From the sequence record MZ443780.1: 64,000 nt of DNA, one strand, 5' to 3'. The first letter of the stretch is position 1; the number at the start of each line of letters is the position of its first letter. Under the pieces are notes generated by a model. That model was not told the DNA's origin, ran no database searches, and was given only the letters and a program-made list of their open reading frames with translations. The translations under genes and the position numbers were made by a program. Shown piece by piece: positions 25,735 through 34,747 of this stretch.

Positions 25735-26349
25735 ATGAACCTCGTAACAACTTTCTTCGTCAAACGCTCTTACGCTTCACTCGCCGCTGGCAGTTTTGCA
25801 ATCGACGCCAAACACGTTCAAGAGCTGATTGAATGTGAGTGCATGATCGTACACGTCGATACAGGCCATCGTAATGCGTTCGCCTTGAAGAACATCGCTC
25901 TGACGCCTATCGACGAGCACAACGTGCGCGTTACGTTCGACCCTCTGACAGACGCACACGCAATGCCGTCTTCTGTCATGCCGAAAGATCTGAAAGGCAG
26001 TATTCAAGTCTATGGCATGTACAGTGAAGATTTGAAAGACGTGCCGCGCTTCGACGTGTCAAACGATGCGTCAGGCAACAACCCAAACATTCTGTCGCTT
26101 GATCTTGAATGCCGCCAGCGCCTGATGCAGTATCACGGTGGCATGTGTACGCTGACCGAACTGTGCCTGTCACTCTTTGAGAAAGGCATTCACATTGTCG
26201 ATATTCATCACAACGTCAAACAGCACGATCACGGCGTCGGCGTTTTCACTCAGCGCTATCGCACTGCGTTTGAGCTGAACAAAGACAACGGCATTAAACG
26301 CCACAACGATGATTATCCAGTTCTGGCGCGTATGACTGTTTTAATGTAA
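25735..26349 (+). CDS. hypothetical protein
   Basis: GAGAG RBS, 204 aa. Confidence 0.7.
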   Translation: MNLVTTFFVKRSYASLAAGSFAIDAKHVQELIECECMIVHVDTGHRNAFALKNIALTPIDEHNVRVTFDPLTDAHAMPSSVMPKDLKGSIQVYGMYSEDLKDVPRFDVSNDASGNNPNILSLDLECRQRLMQYHGGMCTLTELCLSLFEKGIHIVDIHHNVKQHDHGVGVFTQRYRTAFELNKDNGIKRHNDDYPVLARMTVLM

Positions 26350-26358
26350 ACACACAAT

Positions 26359-26382
26359 GCCTCGCAACGTGCGGGGCTTTTT
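26359..26382 (+). terminator. intrinsic terminator
   Basis: GCCTCGCA/TGCGGGGC stem followed by T5. Confidence 0.7.
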
Positions 26383-26398
26383 CTATTTGGAGAATGTT

Positions 26399-26659
26399 AT
26401 GGTATACGAACGCGAAGAACTTCAAGACATGCCGCTTGATGTGCTCTACCATCTGGCGTGCGCTAAAGGTCTGCTGGACGATCTTGACGATGACGACGAT
26501 GTGCCTGATCGTGAAGTGCTGGTGGGCATGATTCTTGATGCGCAGAGCGAAGATGAACAGGCAGAACAAAACGCTGCCGACAAACAACGCGCCGAAGATG
26601 ATCGCGATCCGCGTATCAATCGTCGTGATGGCCAAGACGGATCTGAGGACTACTGCTAA
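26399..26659 (+). CDS. acidic protein with HeH/Rho-N-like motif
   Basis: GGAG RBS; YEREELQDMPLDVLYHLACAKGL...DREVLVGMIL. Confidence 0.7.
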   Translation: MVYEREELQDMPLDVLYHLACAKGLLDDLDDDDDVPDREVLVGMILDAQSEDEQAEQNAADKQRAEDDRDPRINRRDGQDGSEDYC

Positions 26660-26877
26660 TGTCACCTACTGAACTGAATGAATATGTTCACCTCGTACTG
26701 ACGCCTGTTGCTATGGCGTGGCGCGAGCAATTCCCCAAAAAGAAACAAACGATTTGTACGATGAAGACGCCGTACTCTTGTCGTATCAAGTTCGTTGATG
26801 ACCGTGAAGTTGAAAAAGCGTGGCAAGCATTCTGCCGCACACACGGTATCAAGAACGAAGAAACACTCGAAGTCTAA
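26659..26877 (+). CDS. hypothetical protein
   Basis: 72 aa, TAATG coupling. Confidence 0.7.
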   Translation: MSPTELNEYVHLVLTPVAMAWREQFPKKKQTICTMKTPYSCRIKFVDDREVEKAWQAFCRTHGIKNEETLEV

Positions 26878-26881
26878 ATTC

Positions 26882-26910
26882 AAGGGCTGCCATTGCTGGT
26901 GGCCCTTTTT
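26882..26910 (+). terminator. intrinsic terminator
   Basis: AAGGGC...GCCCTT stem followed by TTT. Confidence 0.7.
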
Positions 26911-26915
26911 CATTT

Positions 26916-26924
26916 CTGTAAATA
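26916..26924 (+). promoter_or_regulatory. putative phage-sigma promoter motif CTGTAAATA
   Basis: Directly after a terminator, 32 nt upstream of ATG 26957. Confidence 0.5.
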
Positions 26925-26956
26925 CTCCGCACACTAACCACAACGCGGAACTTATA

Positions 26957-27325
26957 ATGCGCCGATTTGTACTCATCTTCAACGTCAGTCAGGAAGAGCT
27001 AGATGGCCGTCGTTTCTTTCAGGCAAAGCTCAACATTGTCTCATCACTGCGCCGCGCTCGCTGTGTGTTTCTCGTCGTGCGCGAGACAAAGCAGGTACTC
27101 TGTGTCTCTGAGCTAACGTATCAACCAAGCGTCGAACCCGGCATTCGTCAGGTAGACTTCGACGCCCCGCGTGATGTGACCGCATACGTTCTGCCATTCA
27201 CCGAACTCACTACTGCTATGGTCAATAACTCGCAGGACCCAAGCATTCGCTACTTTGGCCGTCAGCTTGAAATGGATGCTGACCAGCTTAAACGTTTTCA
27301 CACTCAACTGGAGATTGTCCCATGA
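26957..27325 (+). CDS. hypothetical protein
   Basis: 122 aa from ATG 26957. Confidence 0.7.
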   Translation: MRRFVLIFNVSQEELDGRRFFQAKLNIVSSLRRARCVFLVVRETKQVLCVSELTYQPSVEPGIRQVDFDAPRDVTAYVLPFTELTTAMVNNSQDPSIRYFGRQLEMDADQLKRFHTQLEIVP

Positions 27326-27564
27326 GTCAGTCATTAGGCGCTTCACTTGGTGCTCGCTTCGCTGTTAGCTCTCAGGAGAATATTGAGCGCCGTAAGAAGC
27401 GTGACCCGAAGAACAAGACGCTGACCTGTGCTGGCACTACAGCGCAGTACAATGCTGTCGGTATGCTCGCTAACAAACTCGACGTGTCACGCTCGCGTGT
27501 CATTGAATTGGCAATCGAAGAACTGCTGGCGAAGCATGGTATTAAGGTTGAGAGTGATGAGTAA
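27322..27564 (+). CDS. ribbon-helix-helix (CopG/Arc-like) DNA-binding protein
   Basis: KTLTC strand followed by QYNAVGMLANKLDVSRSRVIELAIEELL. Confidence 0.7.
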   Translation: MSQSLGASLGARFAVSSQENIERRKKRDPKNKTLTCAGTTAQYNAVGMLANKLDVSRSRVIELAIEELLAKHGIKVESDE

Positions 27565-27922
27565 CGATACGCATATCTTTTGCCGACTGTATGGCGTACA
27601 GCACCGACTGCGTATCATCGCATATAACTTCCTCAAACCTCAGCACATGATAACAGTCGATCCCTCTGACGTGCTCAAGATGATGCCTCGCATTATGGTG
27701 GGAGCAGCATACGACACGTACACGCCGTACAAAGTGATCAAGGCGGGACGTGCTGACTTCAAAATCCGCCTGATAGAGCGCACTGATGCGAACGTGTGGC
27801 GCTACGTGTTCGAAGACTATCGAGGCAAGCTGTTTGAGACTTACTTAAATCGGAGAACGTATGATACAGCTGGGGACGATAACAGCGTTAAGTCTAAAAG
27901 ACAAAGCGCCACGATCCACTGA
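27557..27922 (+). CDS. hypothetical protein
   Basis: ATG 27557 coupled to the RHH gene. Confidence 0.65.
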   Translation: MSNDTHIFCRLYGVQHRLRIIAYNFLKPQHMITVDPSDVLKMMPRIMVGAAYDTYTPYKVIKAGRADFKIRLIERTDANVWRYVFEDYRGKLFETYLNRRTYDTAGDDNSVKSKRQSATIH

Positions 27923-28496
27923 CATTGATATCACGCCCGTATCGAAAGACGAAGACTGGGGCTCATTGAGTCCCTTTCATCTCGGGCCGTGTCGCACACC
28001 TGATGGTACGATGTTTCTCAACATGGAGAACTTGTGGCAGTACAGCAAGGTCTATGAAGACCACATCGTCAACTCGAACGATATCTTTCACGGGGAGATA
28101 AGCAGGGAGTGGTACGAGTGGCATCTCAAAGGTGCTGGTTCAAAACAGGCGCATCGCTATCCTATGGGGAAAGGTCAAAAGGCTTTGTTCTCCAAATGGG
28201 GCGACTTGCGCCTTTCTTACGTTTCAGCACGAAAACAAATCTATGTGCCGGAATATGCCAAGCTGGTAATCAATCAGCCGAAGTTCAAACGTCTGCTCAA
28301 GGAATATAAGAAAGGTGCGAAGATCGTTGTACGCGATTATGACACCTACGATATTCTACGCGCCTACCAAGATGCTCGTAGTCCTTGGCTAGAAGCGATC
28401 AACAACCCGAACGCGAAGTTTGGTCACTCATTTGTGATTGCCCTAGCCCTGCTGTTTCACGACAGACCACTATGGTACAATCAATGGATAATCTAA
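27861..28496 (+). CDS. DUF6939-like protein (possibly NADAR-related)
   Basis: LSPFHLGP, ENLWQYSKVY, ARKQIYVPEY and FGHS motifs; family assignment from memory. Confidence 0.5.
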   Translation: MIQLGTITALSLKDKAPRSTDIDITPVSKDEDWGSLSPFHLGPCRTPDGTMFLNMENLWQYSKVYEDHIVNSNDIFHGEISREWYEWHLKGAGSKQAHRYPMGKGQKALFSKWGDLRLSYVSARKQIYVPEYAKLVINQPKFKRLLKEYKKGAKIVVRDYDTYDILRAYQDARSPWLEAINNPNAKFGHSFVIALALLFHDRPLWYNQWII

Positions 28497-28801
28497 AGTA
28501 TCTGGCTTGCATTGAACTGAGCACAAGGGAAGGTAATCTGAATCTCCCTATCCTGCCTAAGTGTGATATGCAGGCGTTTCTGCTTGACAGCCGTACTAAA
28601 ACGAAAGTGCCCATAAAGCTCAATGCCACAAACGTGGTGAAAGTCTGCGGCAAGACGTGTGGCAGCCTACAATGGTTCGACTGCGTTAATCTGCTTATCT
28701 GGTCGTCGTTCGAGCCAGAGCGTTTCACGCTGTATATTGAGCGGACACTCAAAGCAGACGAGACAGCAAGCGCCCTGCAATCTGCTGAACTCTGCAAATA
28801 A
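28484..28801 (+). CDS. hypothetical protein
   Basis: 105 aa filling the gap before a promoter; start uncertain. Confidence 0.5.
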   Translation: MDNLKYLACIELSTREGNLNLPILPKCDMQAFLLDSRTKTKVPIKLNATNVVKVCGKTCGSLQWFDCVNLLIWSSFEPERFTLYIERTLKADETASALQSAELCK

Positions 28802-28846
28802 CTGGTCAAAATAGCCGTTCTATTTAGTAGCTCGATATGATATACT
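28796..28846 (+). promoter_or_regulatory. early sigma70 promoter with conserved upstream element
   Basis: AAATAA-CTGGTCAAAAT-N5-TTCTAT-N17-TATACT with TG extension. Confidence 0.8.
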
Positions 28847-28894
28847 AAGAGCGAGCGCTATTGCTCAAAAACAACTAAAGCTGAGGAGCTTATC

Positions 28895-29335
28895 ATGACT
28901 ACTACTTACAACATCGCTGATCTGAAAACCCCTGAAATGTTCGCAGATGCCCGCCTGGGTCACTTGTCAGATTTTGCTGATAAACTTCGCGCTCTGCTGG
29001 GTCGTGAAGATATGTATCTGGAACTTGAAGCAGAAGAGGGCGCTGATATTTCCGATGTGTGCCCTGATGCAGATTCTGTTGTGGGTGACAATCTGATCAA
29101 CCTGCACATTCATTATGCAGATGACCCTGATCATGTAAGCGATAAGGGTGCATGGTACGCTTACTTAGCTTTCCCTCATGTTGAAAATCACTGGGGCGAG
29201 TGGACAAATAGTTTCATCCTGTTTGTCGAATCTAACGACGGGGATTTCCTTGAAGAGATCGCGTTCGAAAATGGCAACCCGAAAATGCTGTCTGATATTG
29301 TCGACCGCATTAACTACTGGTTCCCTGCCGAGTAA
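28895..29335 (+). CDS. strongly acidic early protein
   Basis: CTGAGGAG RBS, 146 aa. Confidence 0.8.
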   Translation: MTTTYNIADLKTPEMFADARLGHLSDFADKLRALLGREDMYLELEAEEGADISDVCPDADSVVGDNLINLHIHYADDPDHVSDKGAWYAYLAFPHVENHWGEWTNSFILFVESNDGDFLEEIAFENGNPKMLSDIVDRINYWFPAE

Positions 29336-29406
29336 GTGATTTGTGTTGAGCATTCGCTGAGTGCTCAATGAAAATCCAAACAACACCCTAAGCTGAGGAG
29401 CTTAAC

Positions 29407-29724
29407 ATGTCATCATCTACTACTCTGACTTTCATCTTTCCAGAAATGACTACTCTGGAAGTTTCAATCGGTAACGGCGTTGTGCCCGCTTATCTGGGTC
29501 TCGCAGAAAACAGAGACATAACATTCAGCGATGTTAAAGCGCTGCGTCTGATGGGCGATTCGAACATCGTGGGCGCAATGAACCGCTTCGATCAGTCGAT
29601 GCTCAACATGCTGATCGCCCGTCATGAAACGCATGAGCACATTCGTTGCCGTGACGCCATTGAGCAGGGCACTGAGTATTTCCCGTCTACTTGTCTCTAC
29701 CTGAAAGTAGCGCACCACCGCTAA
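29407..29724 (+). CDS. hypothetical protein
   Basis: CTGAGGAG RBS. Confidence 0.8.
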   Translation: MSSSTTLTFIFPEMTTLEVSIGNGVVPAYLGLAENRDITFSDVKALRLMGDSNIVGAMNRFDQSMLNMLIARHETHEHIRCRDAIEQGTEYFPSTCLYLKVAHHR

Positions 29725-29787
29725 GATTTGTGAAGGGCATTCGCTGAGTGTCCTTTGAAAATCAAACACTGTTCTGAGGAGAACAAC

Positions 29788-30141
29788 ATGCACAACATCG
29801 AACTGCCTGTAGACGCTCGCCACTTTGACGATCTGACCAACGCAGAGTTCCTGCAAGTGTGTCGCGCTCTGTCTACTGTCACTGGTCGTGAAGACCTTGA
29901 GTTTCGTTCGCATCTGATGAGTCGCTTCATCGACATTGCGTATCGCTCTGGCGGCACTAACACGTTCGGTATCAGTAAGTGCCGTGTGCTAATGCCGTCA
30001 GAAGTCCAACGTGAGGATATCGTTGAAGACTTCGAGATTCATCACGGCGATGCAGTCATCTCTATCGAACGCCAACGCGATACAGAGACAACGCTGCAAC
30101 GTATCGCAGGTGCCATTGAAGCCTGTTTGCCGAGAGAGTGA
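29788..30141 (+). CDS. hypothetical protein
   Basis: CTGAGGAG RBS before ATG 29788. Confidence 0.8.
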   Translation: MHNIELPVDARHFDDLTNAEFLQVCRALSTVTGREDLEFRSHLMSRFIDIAYRSGGTNTFGISKCRVLMPSEVQREDIVEDFEIHHGDAVISIERQRDTETTLQRIAGAIEACLPRE

Positions 30142-30212
30142 TTGTTGCTCGCAGATTCTTACGAGAGTCTGCTGTCAACATAACCCAAACCACCTAAGCT
30201 GAGGAGCTTAAC

Positions 30213-30623
30213 ATGAAACAATTCCCACGTCGCGGCGAAACGTATACGCTGAAACAAATCGAAACTGAACTGGACCTGCGTGACGCACCGTTCCTGCGTT
30301 TCATCCCGCAGAAAGTGCGTTATGAGCATGAGAGTGCAGCGGGCATTCAGGTTATTCAGTCTGCGAATGTCGTTGACCTGCATCACCTTGACGGCTGGGC
30401 AGACACTGAGTGGGTATTCGTTCGTGAAACCGAAGAGTGGATTCCACTGTTCCGTGCGAAAGACGATGCCGCGATTGAAGCGCTCTGTGTTATCGAGCCG
30501 TCTACCGATTACAGTAGTCGTATTGATGGCGGTATGCACATCTACCCGAAAGGTACTGAGCATCGTCAATACGAACCGTATGATGAGAAGCTGCATGGCG
30601 ATCTGCTGGTGGCAGTAAAATAA
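30213..30623 (+). CDS. hypothetical protein
   Basis: CTGAGGAG RBS. Confidence 0.8.
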   Translation: MKQFPRRGETYTLKQIETELDLRDAPFLRFIPQKVRYEHESAAGIQVIQSANVVDLHHLDGWADTEWVFVRETEEWIPLFRAKDDAAIEALCVIEPSTDYSSRIDGGMHIYPKGTEHRQYEPYDEKLHGDLLVAVK

Positions 30624-30629
30624 ATAACA

Positions 30630-30660
30630 GGGATGCTCGCATAGGCGGGTGTCCCATTTT
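30630..30660 (+). terminator. probable terminator
   Basis: GGGATGCTCGC/GCGGGTGTCCC stem followed by ATTTT. Confidence 0.65.
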
Positions 30661-30705
30661 ACATTCGGGTCGTTAACCTGAATACTTAACTTGAAGGGAA
30701 ATAAA

Positions 30706-31227
30706 ATGCTGGATAAAATCACCCACATCGTTCACACAATGATGACCTCTCTTAAAGACATTCGCAACGTTCAGGAAGTTCGCTTCATCGGTAACGAAGC
30801 TGTGCGTTTCCGTTTGCATGACAGAACGTTTGACGTGCGCGGCAACTACCCGTTGTTCTCTGTGCATGAGATCGAAGGTTCTTGCATGTGTGGTTCGAAA
30901 GCCGCCCGCGATGTTGAAGCGCAGATGAATAGCGGTGGCGTAGACGGCGAAGAAGATTTCGGGCATAACGCTAGCGACGAAGCGCTCAACGATCTGCTGT
31001 GTGCTCACGTTGAGTCTATGGCAGAAGAAGCTGTGCGTCGATACAACGAAGAATGTGGTGGCCCTGACTTAGACCCGATTAACAGTCAGCGCACTTGGTT
31101 GAAGACGCACTTCCTGCATATCGGGCACAACACGCCTGACCTACTCGAAACAGTATTGATGATGGAAGGTAGAGAGCGCCGTGACGAACTGGCAAAAGCC
31201 GTTAAGGAGAAGATATGGTCAGATTGA
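30706..31227 (+). CDS. hypothetical protein
   Basis: AAGGGA RBS before ATG 30706. Confidence 0.7.
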   Translation: MLDKITHIVHTMMTSLKDIRNVQEVRFIGNEAVRFRLHDRTFDVRGNYPLFSVHEIEGSCMCGSKAARDVEAQMNSGGVDGEEDFGHNASDEALNDLLCAHVESMAEEAVRRYNEECGGPDLDPINSQRTWLKTHFLHIGHNTPDLLETVLMMEGRERRDELAKAVKEKIWSD

Positions 31228-31505
31228 TCATAGGCCTCATTCGTGACTGGCGTAAGCAGAAGCAACTCGAATTTAAGACTGAGGTGCTTGAGGCAATAAT
31301 GATGTTAGACCTGCGTGACAAGCAACTGCTGTGTCGTGCATTCGGTCTGCCTGTTGATATGAATGGCATTCATGCTATCGCAAGCATGAACCGTAAAGAG
31401 TTAGCGAAACAGTGTGCGCAGTATTACGTGCGTTTCGCCGATAAGAAGTGGAAAGTGTTACCTGCTTTCCGCGATGTGCTGTACAACATCCGAAGAGGAA
31501 AATAA
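31215..31505 (+). CDS. hypothetical protein
   Basis: AAGGAG RBS. Confidence 0.7.
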   Translation: MVRLIIGLIRDWRKQKQLEFKTEVLEAIMMLDLRDKQLLCRAFGLPVDMNGIHAIASMNRKELAKQCAQYYVRFADKKWKVLPAFRDVLYNIRRGK

Positions 31506-31508
31506 GTA

Positions 31509-31946
31509 ATGAGCGAAATAGATATTCTGATCCGAGAGTTTGAGCGGGCGTATCTCAAGTCACTTGCGTCTGCCTGGGGAAACGTTGCCTATCATGCTGG
31601 CGACTACAACCCTGAGCTGAAAAACATTCGCATGTACTTGCGCTTTCGCACCCAGCAACAATGTTTGTGGAATCGTCCTGTTCTGGTACTCTCTACTATC
31701 GACGTCACTAATCCGGGTCAAGGTGAGTTCTCGAAGTTACTCGCACGTACCAAAGAGATGTGTCGTCAACGTGACTGGATTCTGCAAATCGAAAACGTAC
31801 TGACGCCTAAGTTCAGGAAGTTTCTTCAACGTGGTGGATTCAAACCTTTCGGTATTGATGCAGAAGTGCCGTACGGAAGTTTGTATTGGTTCCACGACGA
31901 AACAATCCCGCAGCAATGTGCGATGTACCCGGAGATTAGACGATGA
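31509..31946 (+). CDS. GNAT-like acetyltransferase
   Basis: LVLSTIDV..PGQGEFSKLL motif A; ENVL...FLQRGGF C-terminal motif. Confidence 0.65.
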   Translation: MSEIDILIREFERAYLKSLASAWGNVAYHAGDYNPELKNIRMYLRFRTQQQCLWNRPVLVLSTIDVTNPGQGEFSKLLARTKEMCRQRDWILQIENVLTPKFRKFLQRGGFKPFGIDAEVPYGSLYWFHDETIPQQCAMYPEIRR

Positions 31947-32389
31947 CTATCTGGTGGCCTACAATAATAATCTGCTTCGTGCTGCCCATGTCTGCTTGCT
32001 ATGCGACTATCCCGTGGTTTCGTGCTGCTGTTAATCGCAGACTGACGTTCAAGCCGTTTGACTATGACGCGCTCACTCAAATCTTCGAGCGTGGTCTGCC
32101 TGAGCGTTTGACCATTGAGTGTCTGCAAGCAACGTACAAGGGCAACACACCCGAGCATTTGTTCGTGGATATTTATCCGCACAAAGAGAACGTTGCTGCT
32201 GTTCGCTTTCGTGTGGACGAAGACTTTCCCATAGCGCATATCTTTCACAATGCGCTGGTGGGTAACTATAGTGCGCTGTGCATTCGTAGCAAGAAGCCGC
32301 CTGTGTTGAGTATCAACCAGTCTGTGTATCGTGTGATCGAATACGAATATGATAGCCAGTACCTGTTGATCTACCTCAAACACGAGTAA
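31943..32389 (+). CDS. hypothetical protein with N-terminal membrane anchor
   Basis: Hydrophobic N-terminal 25 aa. Confidence 0.65.
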   Translation: MTIWWPTIIICFVLPMSACYATIPWFRAAVNRRLTFKPFDYDALTQIFERGLPERLTIECLQATYKGNTPEHLFVDIYPHKENVAAVRFRVDEDFPIAHIFHNALVGNYSALCIRSKKPPVLSINQSVYRVIEYEYDSQYLLIYLKHE

Positions 32390-32395
32390 ACAATC

Positions 32396-32695
32396 ATGGT
32401 CACTCAACAACAACTCAAAGAGTTCTCGGCGTTACCTTCTTTACAGCGGAAAGTGTTTCTTCGAAGTCTTCAGGTAGAGATGTTGAGTGGCCTACCCGAA
32501 GTAGAACCGATAGTGCGTGAAATGCTGTGTCGTGCTATCGTGGTTGATATTGCTCAGGCTGAACTGGCACTACTTGCCGCTCGTCAAATGTGCGAGAACA
32601 AGGACGTTAAGAAAGCCATTGATGAATTGCTTCAATTTGCTGCGCGTCTGCATGACGCCGCATCTGATACTTTATTCTTAGGAGATACCGCATGA
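32396..32695 (+). CDS. hypothetical protein
   Basis: 99 aa. Confidence 0.65.
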   Translation: MVTQQQLKEFSALPSLQRKVFLRSLQVEMLSGLPEVEPIVREMLCRAIVVDIAQAELALLAARQMCENKDVKKAIDELLQFAARLHDAASDTLFLGDTA

Positions 32696-33741
32696 ATACG
32701 ATTTCTGGCGCAATGATTGATGAAGATGTTCTGGAGTGGCTGGACGATTTTAACGGTCACAAGATTCGTGAGATGTGCGAAGCGATCAATCAGCTTGCGT
32801 ATGCGCATCGTACCGAGCTGTCTATCCCGAACATGGGTAGTGATGAAGATCTGGCTGCGCTGTCTCATGCTGACCTGTTCACTATTCTGTCGCTCGCTTG
32901 CCCTGACGCGAAGTATGACCTGATGTTGTCTAACGTGCAACTGCTTGGTCTTGCGCTTGCTGCTAAAGGCGTTATCGACTATCACCTGCCTGAATTGAAT
33001 AGCCCGATTCTGGCAAAGCGTGAGTTTGCAGACAAGCACCGTAAAAACATCATCGGTGGCACAAGCACTCGTGGTCAGATCGTGGCTGCCCTCAACGAAT
33101 GGATCTGCGGTATGCGTGATCTTGAGATTGTACATGCGGGTACTGACTTACCACCTGATATTGCCGGTATGTATCTGTGCCTCGACGAGCACGAACAAGT
33201 TCGCTACGGTCGCTTGTTCCCTAACGGCAGTCAGGGTTGGACGTTCTGTGAATCGTATGCTGACGGCGGCTCTACTGGTTGGTATAGCGGTGATACGGAT
33301 CACATGAGCGATGACGATCTGCCTATGTCACTACTGACCGGCTGGGTGCTCATCTCTGAGTGGCATAGCCCGTCGCGTGAAGTGAAAGACAACGTTGTAC
33401 CCATTGGCCTGAGCGACACGCATCGCATCTTTATGTTCCTGCGCAGTCTTAGCCCTCACGTAAAAGCAGAGCTGGTGGCACACTTCGAAGGTGTGCTTGA
33501 CTATAAATCGCCGACCTCTGTTGACACTATCGGTCGTTTGACTGCGCACGATTGGCGTATGGCTGCTGTTGCTGTTGCTGATGACAGTGAGATACCTGAT
33601 GGTGCGACAAGCTGGACTAACGTACCTGCCTGGGCGTGTTTCGTCGCAGTCGCTAAAGCACTTGGCTTCAACTTCGAAACCCGCCAGTTCGACCCTCAGT
33701 TCGACTATCAGGCTAACGACGATCATTTAGAAGGAGAGTAA
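32692..33741 (+). CDS. hypothetical acidic protein
   Basis: AGGAG RBS, 349 aa. Confidence 0.75.
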   Translation: MNTISGAMIDEDVLEWLDDFNGHKIREMCEAINQLAYAHRTELSIPNMGSDEDLAALSHADLFTILSLACPDAKYDLMLSNVQLLGLALAAKGVIDYHLPELNSPILAKREFADKHRKNIIGGTSTRGQIVAALNEWICGMRDLEIVHAGTDLPPDIAGMYLCLDEHEQVRYGRLFPNGSQGWTFCESYADGGSTGWYSGDTDHMSDDDLPMSLLTGWVLISEWHSPSREVKDNVVPIGLSDTHRIFMFLRSLSPHVKAELVAHFEGVLDYKSPTSVDTIGRLTAHDWRMAAVAVADDSEIPDGATSWTNVPAWACFVAVAKALGFNFETRQFDPQFDYQANDDHLEGE

Positions 33742-33742
33742 C

Positions 33743-34276
33743 ATGGCAAAGTCACTGGGTGTATACATGACGTATATTCTGCGTCATAAACCTCAGGACA
33801 TTGGCATCGCAATGGACACCCAAGGATGGGTGTCTGTTCTGGATTTCTTGCAGAAAGCAAAGTACAAAAAGCAAGTGACCAGAGAGATGCTGATCGAAGA
33901 AGTAGAAGCGGACGATAAAGGTCGTTTTGAGTTTAACTCGAACAAGTCCAAGATTCGCTGTGTTCAAGGGCATTCTGTTGAGCACGTCATTCTCAATCTC
34001 GAACCTTGGACTGATTGTTCGCCTCTGTATCATGGCACCGCAGAGAAGAATGTCGCTGCTATCCAGCATGAAGGTATTCTCCGACGTAAACGCAAGCACG
34101 TCCATATCAGCAACGATATCGAAACAGCTCGACGTGTTGGACAACGCCACGGTGTACCTGTTGTGTTTCAAATCGACACACAGGCAATGATCACTCACGG
34201 TTATAAGTTCTACCGCGCAGAGAACGGAGTCATCCTCACCGATCACGTACCGTCGCGCTATATCAGATTGGTGTAA
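33743..34276 (+). CDS. kptA: RNA 2'-phosphotransferase (KptA/Tpt1 family)
   Basis: LRHKP..MD..GW, IRCVQGHS, LYHGT, RKHVHIS and V.LT..VP motifs. Confidence 0.93.
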   Translation: MAKSLGVYMTYILRHKPQDIGIAMDTQGWVSVLDFLQKAKYKKQVTREMLIEEVEADDKGRFEFNSNKSKIRCVQGHSVEHVILNLEPWTDCSPLYHGTAEKNVAAIQHEGILRRKRKHVHISNDIETARRVGQRHGVPVVFQIDTQAMITHGYKFYRAENGVILTDHVPSRYIRLV

Positions 34277-34278
34277 GT

Positions 34279-34680
34279 ATGGATAAAACGTACATGCGAC
34301 ATTGGGGATCACGCTACGTGCGGTCCTCATCTGGCAAGTGGTATTCAGTTCATGGACGTGAAGGAACGTGGGTGACGAATCGCTACGGCACATCATTCTA
34401 TCGTAGCGGTTCAGAAGTGTGGCGCGACATATCTGCCGCAGATCGTAATGCGTTGGAACGAGAGTTAGTTTCCCGTACACGCAAAGACTTCAAAGACACT
34501 AAGCTCAAGTATAGCCACTGGGGCAAGATTGTCCTGACTATTGCGAGACAGTCAGAAGAAGAAAACAACCCACACACGTCAGAGCTAGCTGAGATGCTTG
34601 AGTCGCTGAGACAGACTTTCTACGGACAGAAGGTACAGCAACTAAGCACAATATTGGACGAAATAGGGCTTAAAGAGTAG
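34279..34680 (+). CDS. hypothetical protein
   Basis: 133 aa. Confidence 0.65.
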   Translation: MDKTYMRHWGSRYVRSSSGKWYSVHGREGTWVTNRYGTSFYRSGSEVWRDISAADRNALERELVSRTRKDFKDTKLKYSHWGKIVLTIARQSEEENNPHTSELAEMLESLRQTFYGQKVQQLSTILDEIGLKE

Positions 34681-34698
34681 GCTCGTTTGTGATATAAT
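34648..34698 (+). promoter_or_regulatory. early sigma70 promoter with conserved upstream element
   Basis: ACAATA-TTGGACGAAAT-N5-TTAAAG-N17-TATAAT with TG extension. Confidence 0.75.
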
Positions 34699-34747
34699 AG
34701 AGATGAACGCTAGACACTCGTTTAGCTACTTACATGAGGATATGTAT

